A DNA stretch of 17,614 nt. Source: Thermoanaerobaculia bacterium. Its GTDB lineage: Bacteria > Acidobacteriota > Thermoanaerobaculia > Multivoradales > UBA5704. Where the stretch lies: positions 1 to 17,614 of the forward strand of contig JBGAGQ010000093.1 of the NCBI GenBank assembly GCA_044226625.1, read 5' to 3'. Shown here piece after piece: positions 15,101 through 17,614 of the stretch; within the stretch, counting starts at the first letter, position 1; every line of letters begins with the position of its first letter. The notes under the pieces are model-generated. The model did not search any database. It was given only the letters and a program-made list of their open reading frames with translations, and was not told where the DNA came from. Position numbers and translations under genes: made by a program.

Positions 15101-15629
15101 CTACTTCCTTTGCCATCGGTCGAAATTGGCGATCACTCGCCACGATTTCGACCGGGCTTTGCGCTACATCAACTCGAGCCGCGCCCTGGCTCTGGCGAGC
15201 GGGGCCGTGGACCTGGTGGGATACGCGCGGGCGGCGCTTGGGCGATGGCATCGCGAACAGGGTAGGTTCGCTGAGGCGATCGCCGAGTATCAATCCGCCC
15301 TCGCCCTCAGCAAGGAGAAGGGAATCCATCGGCTGGAGGCCGAGATCCTCACCGGGCTCTCGAGAACCGCTCTTCTGCTCGGAGACGGCGAACTGGCTAG
15401 GCAACGGGCGATGGCCGCACTCGCGATCGGAAATGAGCTCGGCTTGGGACTTCGGATCACCCAAGGGCTTCTTGCACTCGGTCTGGCGATGCGCCAAGTC
15501 GGTCAGGCAGGCCTCGGTGGTGCATACCTGAGACTTGCGCGCGACCTCGGTAGCCGGCAGGAGTATTGGCTTCGAAGTAGAGAAGCCGAGCTGGCGTTGG
15601 CCGAGCTCGGAGATGGCTCGGTCCTTTAG
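12144..15629 (+). CDS. SIR2-like NADase + STAND/NB-ARC-like P-loop NTPase + TPR protein (bacterial NLR/Avs-like putative defence protein)
   Basis: SIR2_2 motifs VGAGCSAPLGYPTW, TTNYD, FHCHG and LFVGYGLGD. Walker A GPGGTGKS (13410-13433), Walker B IVFDGFE, sensor LIVTSR, GxP-region LEGHAYA, winged-helix VHPTVR, then C-terminal TPRs. Start is TTG 12144 (GGAG RBS) or ATG 12222. Confidence 0.85.
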   Translation: MSATFAAHRLPPPTFPSREREARSWEMAAHALTQGTVVAVVGAGCSAPLGYPTWTQLTSRIVELTLQLLDHRKTPDDAELQRVAHFRQRLAAEESPSSQELMFYLGACKTLVERAGAVSDCDRTFRDLFSPAGRDAPADANPHRALLSLQISRFVTTNYDCALEQAIAAERRVDFARFGVATSAPGGADTKMGTLSFTQQADNCSQLARFALAVEEAKNMVFHCHGRFDVPGSIIASEADYQRWYLRQSPDSPPYFLQTIDLLFESNPILFVGYGLGDEDLLRPLRRIAASAPERRPYRPLFALLSDEGGKADSDRHDRMFERYGLNVLTYNESGSEDPVERGRDLSAALRKLESYRLEWRDGWLEKPRFRRVTVSTRPPEPYRHYDIDTGSPWVLGERRVGEEVASLVEFALDRARVILIVGPGGTGKSWHATRLLEELTHRGGFESFFFWSSYYADDALTGLDRLVAYIDPEGDRKESRLARIRRALSRGRHAIVFDGFERLLRPSPDDPEVGLSNDPIVKKFLEICSAESSGSTLIVTSRLWPAELPRDEPRVRFKPLERLRTDDLLAVEIFRRLDRDQVSMLCALLEGHAYASLLAGRFLGFVPTSRLEQQFVLLRRALAATPPDRRLGTVIRLVLDAVDEQTFCLARPMLARLAVFMSPVTDATLAACFALAEEEMGLGGDAGTAEADVVDRLLEAQLIFRVVGCPGGHEPAAYTVHPTVRSFVFEGSQQVERDVLPNFTLAGFTSGKAAVHPGSTVQARWVSELFTRLHRDAQVQVEAGRHDKAVQLCRSLFGVVRSRMEANTAPRWCSYQDYLGFGVRVIDLAKSLSTRWLFRERHELDEVEDAASPLYADEVAFCYNDVGLALCAEGFMRDTLDVWEQGYEINRLLEGMAEVPLYSLQSQLHLGHTFIEIGDLKMASQYLEETKRTNFKVSDVDYGARILGYQALVAHYRNHIEEADHKYKEALRQLRASGGNARAESYFLCHRSKLAITRHDFDRALRYINSSRALALASGAVDLVGYARAALGRWHREQGRFAEAIAEYQSALALSKEKGIHRLEAEILTGLSRTALLLGDGELARQRAMAALAIGNELGLGLRITQGLLALGLAMRQVGQAGLGGAYLRLARDLGSRQEYWLRSREAELALAELGDGSVL

Positions 15630-15771
15630 GTTCGGAATCTAAGGCGGAGAAACGGCGACGGCCTAACCGAAGCTCGAGGCTCCTCAAGCCCCGGCCGAGC
15701 TCACTGATCCGATGCAGGCGAAGAGAGAGCTTCTCAGTGGGAGGGGAGTACCCCGTCCCTCGAGTTTCGGC

Positions 15772-15809
15772 TCCAGCGGGTAGCTGACCCTACCCGCTGG
15801 ATTCTTTTT
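15772..15809 (+). terminator. Rho-independent terminator
   Basis: 12-bp stem TCCAGCGGGTAG / CTACCCGCTGGA, loop CTGACC, followed by TTCTTTTT. Confidence 0.85.
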
Positions 15810-16022
15810 CGGCGTTGGCCGTCTGCGTAACCCTAACCGCGTAGCCGGTACGGAAGCAAGTGTCCCCGCGGCCGTCCGGAGATTGCGATACGCCCTCGCG
15901 GCGTTTCGCCTCTATCCTTTCGTCCGGGAGGGGCTCCCTCCCACCGGTCGGGCGGCCGGCTCAGAAAAGCTAAGATAGACGGCAATACGATCGTTGCTGT
16001 TCGAAGACGGAGTGCCATCGGT

Positions 16023-17614
16023 GTGAGGAGAGCGGGAAAGGTAGCAGCCTGTGCGTTGTTCGTTTCGCTCGCCCTAGGCGCGGGCGCCGACGCGGAGCCC
16101 GCGCCGCCGGGGCGGCCGCGGATCGGCCTGGTCCTTTCCGGAGGGGGAGCGCGAGGGATCGCCCACGTCGGGGTGCTCCGGGCGCTCGAAGAGCTGCGCA
16201 TTCCGATCGACGCGATCGCCGGCACCAGCATGGGGGCGGTGGTCGGAGGGCTCTACGCCTCGGGTCTCAGCCCCGAAGAAATCGAAAAGGCGTTCCGGGA
16301 CATCGAGTGGAGCACGGCGTTCGACGATTCGACCGCGCGCGACCGGCTCTCGTTCCGGCGCAAACAGGACGACCAGGGAGTCCTGTTCAACTTCCAGGTC
16401 GGTGTGCGGAGCGGGCGGCTTCGGGTGCCGCGGGGTCTCGTCCAAGGGCAGAAGTTCAACTTGATCCTCCGCCGGTTGACCCTGCCGGTCGCGACGGTAC
16501 GCGACTTCGACCAGCTGGCGATCCCGTTTCGTGCCGTGGCCGCGGACCTCGGAACGGGGGAGCAGGTCGTGATGGCGACCGGCGACCTCGTGCTCGCGCT
16601 CCGGGCGAGCATGGCCGTGCCGGGTGTGTTTTCTCCCGTCGAGCGCGAAGGGCGCCATCTCGTCGACGGCAGCATCGCCGACAACCTGCCGATCGACGTG
16701 GCGCGAACGATGGGCGTCGACCGCCTGATCGTCGTCGACATCAGCGAGCCGCTCGGAACGGCGGCCTCGCTCGACTCACCGGTCGCGATTACGAATCAAG
16801 TCTTCACCCTGCTGATCCGGAAGACCACCGAGGAACGGAAGAAGTCCCTCGTCCCGGACGACCTGTTGATCGTGCCGGAGATGGAGGTCGGTTCGGCACA
16901 GTTCGATCGAATCGACCGCGCGATCGAAGGGGGCCGGTTGGCCGTCGAAAAAGACGCCGCCCGTCTTTCGGCGCTCGCCCTCTCCGCCCCCGAGTACGAG
17001 CGTTGGGCCGCCCGCCACGAGGAGGAGCGCGGCGCCGACGCCGAGGCGATCCGCAACGGCGGGCCGTGGATCGCGCAGATCGAGATCCGCTCGGATAGCC
17101 GCCGGACCGACGAGCTGATCCGCCGCCGGATGAGGACGCGGCCGGGGGAGCGGCTGAAGATCGACGCGCTGACCTCCGATCTCGAGCATCTTTACGGCAC
17201 GGGCGTTTTCGATCAGCTCGGCTTCGAGCTCGAGAAGGTGGAAGGCGAGACCGTTCTTGGAATCGACGCCAAGACGCGGAGCTGGGGGCCGAACTACCTC
17301 CGCTTCGGCCTCAACCTGAAAGACGATTTCCGCGGCTCCACGGGGTTCGACCTCGGCCTCCGCTACACGGCGACCGGTTTCGGCCGCCTGGGCGCCGAGT
17401 CGCGCACGGACCTCCGCCTGGGCGAGGACCAGTCGATCGAGACCGAGCTCTATCAACCGTTCGGGGCGGGGCGCTGGTTCGTGGCGCCGAGGGTGGGCCT
17501 CTCCCGCCGGAACTTGACGATCGCCGAGGGGGAGACGGAGCTCGCTTCGTTCCGCGTCGGCAGCGCGCTCGCCGGCTTCGACGTGGGGCGCGAGGTGTCC
17601 GATTGGGGAGAGCT
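16023..17614 (+). CDS. Patatin-like phospholipase with probable POTRA and Omp85 beta-barrel (PlpD/type Vd-like), truncated at the right edge
   Basis: Manual translation from GTG 16023 (GGAG RBS at 16009-16012) gives the signal peptide MRRAGKVAACALFVSLALGAGADA, then RPRIGLVLSGGGARGIAHVGVL, GTSMG, RASMAVPGVFSPV and VDGSIADNLP. A POTRA-like segment (...DLEHLYGTGVFDQ) and KSWGPNYLRFGL-type barrel start follow. Absent from the ORF track. Confidence 0.92.
   Translation, partial: MRRAGKVAACALFVSLALGAGADAEPAPPGRPRIGLVLSGGGARGIAHVGVLRALEELRIPIDAIAGTSMGAVVGGLYASGLSPEEIEKAFRDIEWSTAFDDSTARDRLSFRRKQDDQGVLFNFQVGVRSGRLRVPRGLVQGQKFNLILRRLTLPVATVRDFDQLAIPFRAVAADLGTGEQVVMATGDLVLALRASMAVPGVFSPVEREGRHLVDGSIADNLPIDVARTMGVDRLIVVDISEPLGTAASLDSPVAITNQVFTLLIRKTTEERKKSLVPDDLLIVPEMEVGSAQFDRIDRAIEGGRLAVEKDAARLSALALSAPEYERWAARHEEERGADAEAIRNGGPWIAQIEIRSDSRRTDELIRRRMRTRPGERLKIDALTSDLEHLYGTGVFDQLGFELEKVEGETVLGIDAKTRSWGPNYLRFGLNLKDDFRGSTGFDLGLRYTATGFGRLGAESRTDLRLGEDQSIETELYQPFGAGRWFVAPRVGLSRRNLTIAEGETELASFRVGSALAGFDVGREVSDWGE

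Noticed and set aside
9540-15840. IS element, integron or prophage explanation for the accessory block
   Set aside because: No transposase, integrase, tRNA target, terminal inverted repeats or canonical attC core sites were recognised.
1162-17456. Many long antisense or alternate-frame ORFs (e.g. 1162..2670+, 2952..4292-, 7466..8845-, 12752..14242+, 16776..17456-)
   Set aside because: These are shadow ORFs typical of high-GC DNA. They overlap well-supported genes and lack recognisable motifs.

Overview
GC-rich bacterial window. The gene families suggest Acidobacteriota/Thermoanaerobaculia, but this is inference only. From left to right it holds: the 5' end of a MocA/MobA-like nucleotidyltransferase (-, missed by the ORF track), a TonB-dependent receptor (-), an Amidase_2 peptidoglycan amidase (+), a small secreted Cys-DPNG peptide gene followed by a zinc-finger/TPR protein (+), and cyanophycinase cphB plus cyanophycin synthetase cphA (+). 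An accessory-looking block follows (about 9540-15840), and then a patatin-POTRA-Omp85 (PlpD-like) gene runs off the right end (also missed by the ORF track). The accessory block is the most unusual part. It has a sigma70-like promoter, a roughly 400-nt degenerate tandem array with a 20-nt period, a 130-aa helical protein with a basic tail, and an intrinsic terminator. After that come a CGC-motif protein, a 93-aa orphan and a SIR2-STAND-TPR (NLR/Avs-like) putative defence protein. These three genes are bracketed by two diverged copies of a ~70-bp terminator-containing sequence. All assignments come from reading motifs by eye; no searches were run.
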